Shown in pieces: positions 32,814 to 46,150 of a DNA stretch of 64,000 nt; the first letter of the stretch is position 1, and the number at the start of each line of letters is the position of its first letter. The stretch lies in NCBI RefSeq assembly GCF_009914755.1, contig NC_060930.1; one strand, 5' to 3'. Origin of the DNA: the human T2T-CHM13v2.0 reference genome, Homo sapiens. The notes below the pieces were generated by a model. The model did no database searches. It had not been told where the DNA came from and saw nothing but the letters and a program-made list of their open reading frames with translations. The translations under genes and the position numbers were made by a program.

Positions 32814-35654
32814 TTAAAGTGCAATTTTTAGTGAAGGCTAAAGAAAAATGGTGGGAAGAGCTGAGGGATGTGATCTCAATCCTGATGAAGGCCTGAGAAG
32901 AGCCATCAAAGGAGTCAGAACCAGAATGGGATTCTAAGGAGCTCTGGGGCCCCTCCCTCGTCCTCAGAATGCATGGCTTTTATTTACACGTGACGTAGTC
33001 TGCATTTGCCGGGGGACTGCTGGGACACTCCAGCAGGTTTTCCATCTCGAGTTCCTGTAACCAGCAGCGAAGGCATCAGAACGGCCACACATTACCAAGC
33101 TGGGGTGCATCCTGCCTGGTGGCTTCGCCCTGATCCTTGCTGCGTGGCCTCAGCTCTTCTCCCTCAGGAGCTGCAGGGGCTTTGGTCCCTGCCCCCTGTG
33201 AGACTGAGGCACCAACAGCTGCCTGGTTCTCAGCACTTACTGGGATTGAGTTGAACATCACATCAAAACTTGCAGAGAGCAGTGGTCAGCGGCCCCCAGG
33301 CTGGGCTAGTGCCGGTGACTCAGCCCTGAGCACGCAGGAGGCAGCCTGCCTGTGCCCGGCCCAGGGCCCTGGGTTTCCCCTTTGCTTTGTTCCCCAGGGG
33401 GTGCTGGCTGGCACGCTGTCTTGGAGGGGCAAGGAGACGCCAGCCCAGGCAGTTTCCAGGGCAGGCCACAGCAATGCCTGGCGTGCGTGGCGGTGAGTGT
33501 GGCCATCTGGTCATTAGGGCCGAGCTGCTGCCAGCGCCAGCGGCTCTTTCTCCGTCTCATTCCAGGGGCTTTGGAGCCCACGACAGAGATCCTGGGGAGA
33601 GCCTGGCTAAAGTTCATTCTCATGTCTTCTCCATCTTGGACAGAGAGAACGACTTGCACTGTGGGAAGATGTACACCTGTGCATGTGTGTTCTTGCGTGT
33701 GTGTGAAGACTAAGACACCAGGTGTCAAGGACAGCAGGAGAGTGAGGAGCCAAGGGCGACATGGACCTCAGAGTCCCAGGGAGCAGGAGTTGCAGGAGGA
33801 GGAGCAGAGGCCAGCTAAGGGCGGAAGACCAGGACCTCGTGCGAAGCAGAGGGTAGGGAGGCCCAGGGCAGTGGCCACAAAAACCAAACAAGGGACAAAT
33901 TCTGCCCTGTGTTGCCGAGGAGAGAGGCTTCGAGCTTTGTTCCCCACGGGAGCTGTCATTGGAGCAAGGGGACAGATGCAGGGGGCTCCCGCACTGGCTG
34001 TGCACCAGGCTCTCACCCTCTCCTCACCCACGCGCCAGGCTCTCACCCCCTCGTCACCAACCACACTTCTTGGCACGTTTTCTTGTTAATTTCTAGCACG
34101 CTGACTTCCATGATAAAAGCTGCCACACACTTCAGAGCTAGTAAGAATGAAGCTGTTGAGGGAAAATTTGCTTCTCGTAAGTGGGTAAACCCCAAGAGCT
34201 CAAGCTGATCAGGTCCCGGTGGATAACACACCTCCTGCAGCTGAGCCTCCCACCTCACTCTCAGCCACTCACAGAGGAAGCCACTGATGCGGACGCTGAA
34301 GGTGTCCCCCAGACCCTCAGCTCCCTCCAATGAGCCCCCAGAGCAGGAGGCCTGGTCATCCACCCCCGTGCACAGCAAGTCAGTGCTAATGTGCCCTCAG
34401 CCCTCAACTGTCCTGAAAAACATGTAACAAAACATTCAGAAAATGCATGCACCCAGGAGCGTTGCAGAGTCCATGACAAACATTCACCGCCACACTTTTT
34501 CAGGGAAGGAATAGGGGTTGGTAACACTCTCTGGTCCAGGGGCTCGGGGAGGTGAGGCGGCTTCTCCACACAGCGAGGGGTCCGCTCCAGCCAGCATGGT
34601 CTGCAGACCTCGCACAAAGTGCCTGGAAGTGCTCAGGGCCATCCGAGGGTGAATGTTCTGCTCCCTCAGCTATCCTTGCCCTTGGCACACCCGGGCTGCA
34701 GACGGCCGGCAGGGAAACCATGGAGGAGGCCACGCGGCAGTGCCGGTATCTGATCACTCACCCAGAAAGGAGGCAAGTGAGTGGATTGTCAGGTGAGTCG
34801 CAATCCTTTGGAAATCGTTCATCTTACCTAACATTTATTCTAACTCCCTCTGAACCAGGCCTCCCCTGCCCTGCTGGATAACAGAGAAGTGACAGGCAGG
34901 ACGTGGAATCCCACGCAGCTGTCCAGCCCTCCCCAGCACTCATGGCTTTGGGCTCCCAGACCTTGGCCCAAACCTGGAAATTTTACCATAGCCAGGGAAG
35001 AGGCTGAAAATACCACAAGAATGGAACCTTATAGCTCTTGGAGATTTCTGCTTCTAGCCGAGTGGGAACCAGGAAAGGCAGTGAAGCCAGCAGCCGTGTC
35101 CCGTGGCCTCCTGAGTGTGGGATCTGTCACTGAGACATCGGGGCACCAGGGCTCGGCGTATTGTCACCGCCACCCCACACTCGCCGCACTCGATGCTTCT
35201 CAGCCTGAATTGCAACGCCACATAGGTCTTCTGCTTCGGAGAAATAAACACGCTGAGAGAATGTGAAGGAGTTTTCCCTAGGGACACGGAAGAGGGTTCC
35301 GGTTATCTTGCTCACTTCCCAGCAAATTCTGTTCAGGAGCCAAATGCCCTGATAGGACAGAGACCTTAAAAATATGGGCCTAGTTGCTGCTGCTGTGTTT
35401 GTTCTGGAAGCTTCCAGACCCTGAGGGCCGGCAGCTCTGGTCTCAGGAACCTGGCTGTGCTCCGCCTGCCCTGGTGTGGGTCACTGCAGCCAGGAGGAGG
35501 ATGTGTAAAACCCTCCCTGGGGCCACATAGTGGAAAGAGAGGTGTCCCGCCCAGCAGGGCAGTTTTGCCCCATCAGCCCAGGGACTCAGGGACACCCAGG
35601 AGCAAAAGGAGCCACGGCCACTCACAGTGCCACGAGGAGTGAGTTACAAGGCCG

Positions 35655-35838
35655 GGGAGAGTCACACAGCCACGGAGCATCAGTCACACAGCTGCAGAGC
35701 ATCAGTCACACAGCCATAGGGAGTCACACCGCCACGGAGAGCCACACGGCCGTGGAGAGTCAGTCACACAGCCATAGGGAGTCAGTCACACGGCCTCGGG
35801 GACTCAATCAGACGGCTGTGGAAAGTCAGTCACACCAC
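35655..35838. repeat. Degenerate ~19-23 bp minisatellite
   Basis: Recurrent (C/G)AGTCACAC(A/G)GCC motif, about 9 times. Confidence 0.8.
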
Positions 35839-37661
35839 AACGAGTAAGTCTTGCAGCCGCAGGGAATCAAATGACAGCAGGGCAAGTGACACCTGATTGG
35901 AAGCCAGCATTCCAGGGCACTGGAGGTGGTAGCTCAAGCTCTACAGCTGGTGGTCCCTGATGGCCGCAAGAACAACCCCTCGAGGCTCCGCTGCACCCCC
36001 CAGCTTTGTGCCAGCCAGCGTGCGAGTGTGGGCGCCGAGTGTGCTTTGGCCCGATCCTGGAAAACGAGGCAGCTCCGATGCCGAGATTCATATCTTGATG
36101 CCAGACAGGGCCCTGCACGTGCCAAGTGGGCTGAGTGGGTCTTGAGGGGCTGGAGGGACCCAGGCGGGTGGCTTTGCACCCAGACGAAACACATGGGTGA
36201 AAAGGCAACTGACTAAATCCCGGCTTCTTCAGAGCTATTTGTAGATGGCACACTTGGCACCCTCAGTGGGAGTGTGTGCCAGCCTACGAGGAGCCCAGGA
36301 CCTGCGTGGGGGCCTTGCAGCCCTGTCAGCCTGCAAATCTGGCTGAGAAATCACGTCATTTTGTGTGTCTAGAATAAACTGTATTCAGGTTGGAGTGAAG
36401 TGCATTGCATTTTCGTGATGAAGGCCATGAACTCTGAGTTACACGACAAGTATTTTGAGGGAGACACATGGTTGCCCAGTTGTCCAAGCACACTGCCCGG
36501 CTAGGGAAGGAGGGTGGAGTCTGGAATACTGGAGTGTTTGCAGGACTCTGGGGGAGCAGCTGGTGTTGCATGTGGGTCCCATGAGATTATAGACGTGTCT
36601 CTTCTTTATCAAAGTGGCAGTTCCTCCAGCCACGCCAGGTTCTATTTCCCTGGGATCACTTAGTCCCGTTGGAACCCAGAATGAGCCTGCAGACCTTCAT
36701 CCCACTCACTCACCCAGAGACACCACCCACAGAAGCGGGCACGGGGGAGGCCTGGCCTGGCCGTGGCTCCCAGGATCCAATGTGAAATGCCCCCTGCGTG
36801 TTTGAAGACAGAGCTTGCTTCTAAGGGGAAGCCATAGAGAGAGCAGAAGGACACAAATGCTGCTGCCAAGTCCCTCCCACAGCTCGATGCAGAGGACACA
36901 GGTGATGGGAGGCTGGGCCGCTGGGGGCCTCTCACCACTCATCTTTATTCATTGCATCTTAGTTCTCTCCTCGTTATTGAGGCCTAACGTCCAGCCGCTA
37001 AACTGCTGTTTTGTGTCTCCTACACTGTGTTCAGGACACAAGCACAGAAGTCCATTCCCACTTGGCCAACAGGCTGCTGGTTGGCACCTCTGGTGAGTGA
37101 CAGACCCTTGGGAATTAAAAAATAACAACAATCAGCACCGCTCGATCCCCTGTGGTGGCTGCTTCTCCTGGGCTTCTCTCCTCCTGGGTACGATGTGTGA
37201 GCCCTGCAAAGCCAGTGCTCCCAGAGCCCTACACGAAGCCGGGCTTTGCCGTCGCTCCTCTCTCCACGTGCCCCTTTTTCCTCCCCACCCCAGATAGTGC
37301 GGGGCCCCAGGTCGCCTTTCCAGGTAAGGGTGATGGACCAGAAGAGCCACAGCTGTTCCTCCCTCGTGTGGCCTCCCAGGCCAGCTCTGTAACTTGCAGG
37401 ATTTGACTCTGTGAGATGCAGTTCTGTGCGTCTGAAGAAAGGGTTTGCTCCTGAACAGTGACAGCAAGAGTCACTTTCTGGTGATTTCTCTCTCCTTTGA
37501 ATCACATTCCTCTGGCTCTTAAGCTCCAAACGCTGACATGCCTGAACATGCCGTGGGGTCGGGAGTGCTGAGATTTGGCCCAGGGAAGGCTGCTGACACC
37601 ACTGGCGTTAGCTCAGCCCTGACCAAATGGCCAGACAAAGCTCAGCAATTTGCTGGACTGC

Positions 37662-37739
37662 CCTGGAAAACAGCATCCCTGTCTACAGACTTAGGGAGTT
37701 CCTGGAAAACAGCATCCTTGTCTACGGACTTAGGGAGTT
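37662..37739. repeat. 39-bp tandem duplication
   Basis: CCTGGAAAACAGCATCC(C/T)TGTCTAC(A/G)GACTTAGGGAGTT at 37662 and 37701. Confidence 0.95.
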
Positions 37740-38590
37740 GGACCTGGTCACTTTTTAGGCTGTTCCTAACGCTGAAACTACGTTCCCACTTGACCAAGTC
37801 CACAGCAGCCCCATGGAGGACTGCCTGGTTGTCCCATCTGAACAGAAGGGTGAGCCAAGCCCGGGGAGAGCCTGCGCCACTGACAGCGCCACGGCCAGAG
37901 CAAGTCTGGGGTCGGTGTCAGGGCGCGTGAGAGGCTGTGTGCTGCCTGCCTGCCAGAAATAATTCAGAAGGGGTAACAAGCTAATTAATTAATGGGAGAG
38001 CTCTGCGACCCTTGTGTGAAAGCCACACCAAGAGGTGTTATTAAGTCCCTGTCACAGAAAAAAATCTGAGAAACGAAGGCCTGGTCAGTTGCCGCCTCCT
38101 CCACCCAGAGAGCTGCACTGTGGCCCGAGGGTCCGAGGACAAGGTCTCAGCTCCCACGGTGTCCCGAGAGACCCCCACCCTGGGTGGGGGGGATGAGGGC
38201 AGGGGCTGGTGGGACCAGCGGCTCCCCACGCTGGAAGGCCCCATGCAGGCCCCGCTGTTTTCACTAATGTTTAGGCATAATGTCTGTCCTATAAAATAAC
38301 CGTGTTATCATCCAAACAGCTGACTCACATCTTCAGAGTTTTGACCCAAACTTATACATCTGACATTTCAGATCTGTGAGTCAGCTCTTGCATCCAGCCA
38401 CCTTTTGGAGTTTCTTCAATGGAAATATGAGGACTTAGAGTCACCTCTGGCCCTTTCCATCCTGGGGTCCGAGCCTTCTCCTCTCTGCTTCCTGCGCTGG
38501 GAAGGCTCTTCTCACCTGGTGAGCACCTCGACCAGGAGCAGCCACGCAGCTTCTGCAGCTGCACATCAGCCAGGAGAGGCTTGCATTTTA

Positions 38591-38878
38591 TTTATTTTTA
38601 TCTTTTTTTTTACGTTTTTAAGACAGAGTCTCGCTCTGTCACCCAGGCTGGAGTGCAACCTCCGCCTCCCAGGCTCAAGCGATTGTCTTACCTCAGCCTC
38701 CCGAGTAGCTGGGATTACAGGCACCCCCACCACGTCCAGCTAATTTTTTTGCATTTTTAGTAGAGACAGGGCTTCACCATGTTGTCCAGGCTGGTCCTGA
38801 ACTCCTGAGCTCAAGTGATCCGCCCGCCTCGGCCTCCCAAAGTGCTGGGATTTCAAGTGTGAGCCACTGCACCAGGCC
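38591..38878 (-). mobile_element. AluS with internal ~24-bp deletion
   Basis: Antisense Alu; target-site duplication TGCATTTTA at 38582-38590 and 38879-38887; GGAGTGCAACCTCC indicates a deletion between two TGCA motifs. Confidence 0.95.
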
Positions 38879-39002
38879 TGCATTTTAGATACAACATGAA
38901 AATCAATCCCTGGTTTCTTTCAAAACACCATCTGTGGGTTCAGGGCTGTTTTCCAATTCCATGATGACATCATTTCATGTGAGGGAACAGTCAGAGCTTC
39001 CG

Positions 39003-39345
39003 ACAGCCAATTGGAAGGGTGGGCAGGTGTCCGCACTGTCCACAGAGAACCAGTCGGAAGAGTGGACAGGTGTCTGCAATCTCCACAGAGAGCCAACTGA
39101 AAGAGTGAGCAGGTGTTCACAAAGTCCACAGAAAGCCAATCGGAAGGGTGGGCAGGTGTCCACAGTGTCCACAGAGAGCCAATCAGAAGGGTGAGCAGGC
39201 ATCCACAACATCCACAGAAGGCCAATTGGAAGGGTGGGCAGGTGACCGCAGCATCCAGAGAGCCAATCAGAAGGATAGGTAGTATCTACAATGTTCACAG
39301 AGAGCCAATCGGAAGGGTGAGCAGGTGTCTGCGGTGTCCACAGAG
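39003..39345. repeat. Degenerate ~43-bp minisatellite, ~8 copies
   Basis: Consensus AGCCAATCGGAAGGGTGGGCAGGTGTCCACAGTGTCCACAGAG. Confidence 0.92.
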
Positions 39346-40499
39346 TGAGGCTCTCCTCAGAGTGAGGAGAGAAGACAGTGCGGGTCACCAGCCCAGGCCA
39401 GAGAGAGACAGTCTGGACTTGAGTCCAAACCCTGCCAAGTGCCGCTGTGGACTCGGCCTCGCGTGTTCTCTCTCTAAGCCCGAGCTCCTCTGCAGCAGGA
39501 CCTGTCTCACAGGCTGATGTGAAGATTCAGCTCATAGGGTGTTCAGTGCACTGCCTGGCAAATGCAAGGTGCCAATGTTACCTGTGGTTGATGCCACACC
39601 AGGGAAGGACTCCCAAGCCCTCCCCACACAGAACACACAGCAGACACTGTGACTGGAAGACACAAAGGCCTTTATTTTATTAATGACTCTTGATTTTCTG
39701 TGGATTTCCTTTTGTCAAAAAGAGCATCCTTTGCCCTCCTTTTTAATGTATCATGCTGAAATCGCAGTTTTACGAAAGCAAATATTGCAGTAACGTGCAC
39801 TATAGAAACAGAAAGTGAAATAAGAAAGAATTGCAGATTTGTTTACCCTGCATATTAAGTGGACTCCAAAATTACTTTAGAAATAAGCCCCTTTCAGGGA
39901 ACAAAAAAAGTCTAGCACACTTACTTCAAGTGCAGAGAATAATTGCGTATCAAAGGACCACTAGGACTTACCAAGCTTCCCAGGGCAGAAGGCTCACCCT
40001 GTGTTAGGGTTCCGTAATCAAGTTGACCGAGTCAAGGATGGAAGGAATGCCTCCACTTTAACATCAGATGCTGCTTTTCTCCCATCCTCTGGGTCTCTGA
40101 AATCAGCGCAGCAGCGTCTGTGCATTCCCAGCAGCCTCCTTGCCGGCCGTCTCTGGCCGCCAGGACTGCGCAGGGCTGCCTGGGAGGCTGTGGCCGCCCT
40201 GCCCACTGCCTCAACTCCCTGGCTTTGTGGCAGGATCATCTGTCTCCCTGTTGAGTTGCTCTTTGTTCTGCTGGTTCTGACTGTGGTTTTAAACATACAT
40301 GACTGACCAAAGATCCTCAGCACAGAATGGAGTTGTTAGACATTCCTGTAAAGTAATGCCATGAATTTTTCAGCAAAATTAGTTGAATTCGCCACTAAAT
40401 TTTGCTTGTCAGACTGGACACTGTTCTTATTAAATCTTTGCTAGAAGATTTAATTAGACTCTAGTAGAAGATTTTGAAATCTGTAAAAGATTTAATACA

Positions 40500-41340
40500 A
40501 TAGGATTTTATTTGAAGTAAATGATGACTCCATTAAAGGATCAATTAATCAAACATTCAAAAAAATTGTGACAATAAAAAATGTATATTTGGAAATAAGC
40601 ATAAGATTCCACCAACAGTAAAAGAAGCTTTTTATAGATTTTTGTTGTGGTGGTTTTCCTTATATCTCTTTTCTGTGCTTTCTTTAAAAACGCCGCCAAT
40701 TAGATGGATTTAACATTCAACCGAGGCAGGTTTTTATTCAAAGGAGACGATTTTAGTCTGAAGAGCAGCGGATTTAAAGCAGAGACTTCCCTGCTGTGCA
40801 CTGATCAGCTATTGATTAGGGGAGGGGGGGTCGTTAAACAAAATCATCAATGCCAAATAATAGGCCCTCAGCCTGCGGGGACTGACCTGGGCACATTTGT
40901 GATAGGAAAAGTAAAGCCAGCCTTTGTGGAGAACCAAAGGCCCTGGTCTCTCTCGAGCAAAAGAAATGTTAATTGAAAAATTCCTTAAATAGGTGGAGGC
41001 TCTGAAGTCTGCTTTACATAAAAGGTATGAAATCACAATCGGGGGAAAGAAAGGCCGTGGTGTCGAGTGGGAGTTTTCTCCCTAATGGCGCTGATTAATT
41101 TCCCATTCATAGATGACAGGGGCTGACGGAACAAGTCCCTGACAGCTGGACCTGCCTGCACAGGGAAGTCTGATTTAATTGGCTCCTTGATGGGGAAAAG
41201 TAAAACAAAGAAACTTCCTATTGCATGCAGAGAAATAAAACCTGACGATTTACATAGATAATCAATGGATGACTGTTTTCCATTTGTCAGTTTACAACCG
41301 CAGAAAAATGGTCACTTTGCCACCGTTAGTTTCTCACGAT
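40500..41340. promoter_or_regulatory. Candidate developmental enhancer (conserved-element-like)
   Basis: No recognisable repeat, AT-richer than flanks. TGATTAAT at 41092 and (reverse) 40544, TGATTTAA at 41171, TGACAG at 41114 and 41140, many TAAT/ATCAAT. Motif evidence only. Confidence 0.45.
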
Positions 41341-42258
41341 GATCCTTAAATCACATCTGGGAAGCGACTCTTCCCCCCAGAGCATCTCCACGTGACCACG
41401 CTCCCCAGATGGAGGCCCAGGTCGGAGGTCAGCCACTCACTTTCCAGATAAACTGAACTCAGAGCCGCACCAGGAACCTGGCGCCTGCAGGGCCAGCTCA
41501 GGAAGGCTGGGGGGCTGTGGCTGTGAATGGAGAGCCAGGGGAGGGCCGCTGGGGGGTTCCTCCTCCAGAAACTGAATTCCACATTCCCCTCTGAAGCCTG
41601 CCCCCCTCCCTGTCTCCTGCCACCACCCTCCAGCATCCAGGACCCTGGGCAGACACAGCAGATCAGGCCCCTTCCTCCTCTAACCCCCCTGCACCACTCC
41701 CCCACAGCCAAGGGAGCAGGTGACGTGTCATTAGCCGGAGTCGACGGAAAGAAAACCCTTCAGTTCCTTTTTACTTCACCCAAAAATCAACCAAGACAGA
41801 AGAGGTTGGAGCAGCCGCCCAGGGCGCCCAGCATAAGCACTGGCCACCAGGACAGCTGGGGAGACACAGGCAGGCCCAGCACGGTGTCGAGAAGCTCCAT
41901 CGCTCAAATACCACATCCCCCAAAGACCCCGGCGTCCCAAAGATTCTCGAGGCCACAGGAAAGCCTGCACCCCACACTCTTCCTGGGTGCAGAGCTGCTG
42001 ATCCAAATATGTGCACACACTCCTTTCCCATCTACTCAACACGGTACATGGAAAACACACAACAAATCCAAGAGTAAGAGGAACGAAGATTTGGAAAGTG
42101 GCTTTCAGATATCAACTGAGCAGGAACAGCAGAGCTGGCCAGCATCTGAAACTAGCTTGTATGCCTTAGAAATTCACCCCTCCCTGCAGAGTAAACACTG
42201 TCTCAACACAGAACCTGTGCTTTGGAAGCAAGATGTGGTGAACATGGGGGAGTTTCCG

Positions 42259-42970
42259 TTTAAACGACTGAGTCTCCCTCACTGCAAAGGACAATGTCGC
42301 TGGATCCCACGTGTTAAACGACTGCGTCTCCCTCACTGCAAAGGACAATGTCGCTGGATCCCACGTGTTAAACGACTGCGTCTCCCTCACTGCAAAGGAC
42401 AGTGTCGCTTGATCCCACGTGTTAAACGACTGCGTCTCCCTCACTGCAAAGGACAGTGTCGCCAGATCCCACGTGTTAAACGACTGCGTCTCCCTCACTG
42501 CAAAGGACAGTGTCGCTGGATCCCACGTGTTAAACGACTGCGTCTCCCTCACTGCAAAGGACAGTGTCGCTTGATCCCACGTGTTAAACGACTGCGTCTC
42601 CCTCACTGCAAAGGACAGTGTCGCTTGATCCCACGTGTTAAACGACTGCGTCTCCCTCACTGCAAAGGACAGTGTCGCCAGATCCCACGTGTTAAACGAC
42701 TGCGTCTCCCTCACTGCAAAGGACAGTGTCGCTGGATCCCACGTGTTAAACGACTGCGTCTCCCTCACTGCAAAGGACAGTGTCGCTTGATCCCACGTGT
42801 TAAACGACTGCGTCTCCCTCACTGCAAAGGACAGTGTCGCTTGATCCCACGTGTTAAACGACTGCGTCTCCCTCACTGCAAAGGACAGTGTCGCTGGATC
42901 CCACCTGTGCTCTTAAACGACTGCATCTCCCTCACTGCGAAGGACGGTGTCACTGGATCCCACATGTGCT
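42259..42970. repeat. 54-bp VNTR, 12 near-identical copies plus one degenerate copy
   Basis: GTTAAACGACTGCGTCTCCCTCACTGCAAAGGACAGTGTCGC(TG/TT/CA)GATCCCACGT. Confidence 0.99.
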
Positions 42971-45309
42971 CTGTGCCTCTCACTGGATCCCACATGTGCT
43001 CTGTGCCATCCTCCCAGCCTCCAGGCTTCCAGAAGGGCAGGAGCCCGGTGCTGGGCTGGGCAAAGGAGCACCTGGTCCAATGAGGCTCACAGAAGAAGTA
43101 ACTCCTGGCGGAGCCTGTCCAGGGAGAAATGCAGCCCAGCAACTCCACAGCTTCCTCAGAAAGGGCCTGTGCAGGGTGATGGAAAGGGCCCAGGAGGGCA
43201 GGCTGGAGCCCCAGAGCCGATTTGCACATGGAGGGGCTCGTACAGGGCTGGAGCTCAGGGCAGGAGTCAGGAACTCGCTTGTGTGTTCTTAAAAACAAAA
43301 CAGCCCCCAGGCTCCAGAAGGGTCCTGACACCCACATCCCAGGGTCTCAAGTCCTCAGTCAGGAGCAGCTGCAAAAAGGGACTGCGACTGCCGTGCTCCA
43401 TGGAGATGCAGTCAGCCCGGGGTCCCTCCTCAAGGGAGCACTATGCTGCCCGGAGGCAGGTTGGGGGACTGTGGCTTTTCGGCCATCGCAAACAGGAGAG
43501 ACCCATGGACAGCACACCAGGCCCCGGCTGCCAGGTGCCTTGGGGTCTCTGTACATGCTGGCCCCTCTCCCGAGGAAGGTCTTGCTCCTCGGCCCCGCCT
43601 GGTCAGCCACAGTGGGTTCTCCGGGTGTCTGCTCAAATGCTCCTTTCTCAAGGGAAGTGCTCTATGGCCACAGCCCTTGTCAGACTGGGTTCAGGGCCCA
43701 AGTACAGCTTCTAGTGACCACGAGCCTGACCCTCTTGGCACTTGGAAAAGCCAAATCCTTGCGGGGGATTGTGCATGTCTCTGCCCCAGCCTCTCCCTGG
43801 GGTGAGGCCGTGCTATCTGAGTCCCGGGGCTGACCCAGTGCCTGGCTCACAGGACCCTCTCCACCAACAGCAATGGAGCGAAAAGCCCGATGTCTGGGGG
43901 ACTCCAGCAGAGCCCCTCGTGACTCTTCCCCCTGCTTCACGGTGATGCCTGCACCAGCCCACAGTGGAAGAGAGAAGCTCCTTGTCAACTTCTGTGTGGC
44001 ACACCGTTCCAAGGGATGTCGGGGGCCAGACTCCCCCAGGAACAAGAAAGGCAGGTGCAGCGCCACTAATACGGCGTGATCAGTTCAGAGCATCGCTTTC
44101 TTCTAAGCTAAAATATCAATGGTTTGGGAGGCTTGAAACGTGTTTTCTAGAGAGCCTGTGAGTATGGCTGTGTGGTTTTATCAGCCTCGACGCCCAGAGT
44201 GGCCTTGAAAACTAAACTGGGAGTGAGTGTTGGGGGCGTGCACTGGCCACTGCTCCCAGGCCTCTGAAGTATAAACAATGGGCTCAACTGCAAAGACTCC
44301 TGTTAGACATCAGAAGGAACCAAGGCTGCAAAATGCTAGGCATCAGAACAAGAACTCAGTCATAAAAATATATATTTATAACAAAATATAGCTAGAACAT
44401 AAATGCCCAACAAAAGGGGGCTAGTTAAATAAACTTAGAATCTGTACCAATAGAACATCCTGTAGACACTAACAATTATGCGTAGAAGAAATTTCAAACC
44501 ACCATCTGCAATTAGGTTGGTTGCTGGCTAGCCTCCACCTCAAATGTCTCTGACTTCTCTGTCTCAGAGCCACGGACTCCTTTGACAAGCCAGTGAAAGA
44601 AACTGACCATTTACCTAGAAAAACTCACCAACACCCACCATTTTGCCCAGTTTTAAAAGTCTCACAAAACCAACAAAGCCCACACGGAGACCTCCTACTG
44701 GGAATACCACATCTCCAGGGGCCACGCCTCCAGCTTCCACGCCTCCAGTGGCCATCACTGCCTGCTGCCTTGTCCCAGAAACCATGGCAAGAGTGCCCAG
44801 GCTTGAGCCCACACGGGTGTCAGTGGGGTGGGTGACACACATCTCTTCAAAAAGCAGCATCCTTGTTCCCTGCATGCTTGCTGAGCTTGACATAAGTGGA
44901 GTCCCCCAAACCCAGAACTCAGGTCCCCCACCAGACCTTAGTTTGGAATGACTGAACTACTGATCAGTAGGATACTCCAGCCCCAGAAGAATTAGGAAGG
45001 GCTGAGGGGCCTGGGGAGTGGTAGCTCCTTCCTAAGAACTCTCCAGCAGACCCCCATGTCCTGTAATACACAGAGAGGAGAGAAAACACCACTCAACCTG
45101 TTGTCCGTGGGGAAAGGGCCCTGTGGTTTCCAAGAGACCGAAGGATTCCAGACCCAGTTAAAACAGCACAATTCTACCTGAACTCAGGGACACAGGGACG
45201 CAGGCAAAGTCAACCTGGTTTCCCCAAATCCACCGCAGATCCCATGTAAGAGTAAAATGGGGCCACGCTTTCAGGAAGTAGCTCGTCCCTAAGTATGAAG
45301 CATCTGAAG

Positions 45310-46150
45310 TGGGTTCTAGAATAAGCAGTTCACCAAGAAGAAATGCAAGTGAACCATGAACATATTTTTATAGGTTAGATTCACAAGTAATTAAAATTGT
45401 ACATGGTACCAAATTTGCAAACTTTTTAGTATCTATATTATTAATGTGATAAATATTATAATAAATACATTTATAAATATTCCATAATATTTAGTATCTG
45501 TATTTAGAGTTAGCAAGGACACAAGAAACTGTCATAAACTACACACACACGTTCAGATATTGGGAGGACAATGTAGCGTATAACTGAGAACCTTTCAAAG
45601 GTTTGTGCATTTTAACCAGTAATTCTGTTTCCCAAAATTGATCTTAAAGAAATAATTAGAAGTTTATGGAACCATTTTTATACGAGCATATTCATCGCAG
45701 CTTTATTTAATAGGAGTAATAAATAGATGCAACAATCATGATCAATGAAAGGGGGTTAAGTAAATTTTAGAATATCTGTATGATTAAACACTTTCTAGAC
45801 ATGATAAAATCATGTTTTAAAGAATATTTAATGACACAGGAAGATGCTCACAACATCGTAGTTAAAGAACTAGTTCCATTGCACGGCAATGAGTGTGCGG
45901 CTGGCAGTATCACACCACGCGCATGGGAATTTTGAGGAGAGTGAGTTTAATGCTATGTGGGTTTTTCTCACAATTAAAGGAAAGCTGCTTACAAAACTGA
46001 AGGACCCCAGTTTTGAGAAAGATGTATGTAATATAAGCAAAGGGAGGAAAACTTTAAGGATACACATTACATATTAACAGTGGCTCTGTTAGTTTTTTCT
46101 TTCTTCTTTCTTTCAGCTAGCTACAATGTCTCTTTATGAACTGAAAGAAA
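45310..46150 (+). mobile_element. Very old L1 (L1ME-like) 3' remnant
   Basis: AT-rich; TTTAACCAGTAATTC..TCTTAAAGAAATAAT, ATATTCATCGCAGCTTTATTTAATAG, GGTTAAGTAAATT resemble the end of L1 ORF2; a similar piece lies at ~44370-44490. Confidence 0.65.

Noticed and set aside
29880-34089. 237-aa (29880-30593) and 245-aa (33352-34089) ORFs, and similarly 42947-43714
   Set aside because: No recognisable domain, non-ATG starts, and composition typical of GC-rich non-coding DNA with equally long overlapping ORFs in other frames.
35755-35790. GGGAGTCAGT shared between the 35.7-kb minisatellite and the 52-bp VNTR
   Set aside because: Only ~10 bp match with no further homology; compatible with chance.
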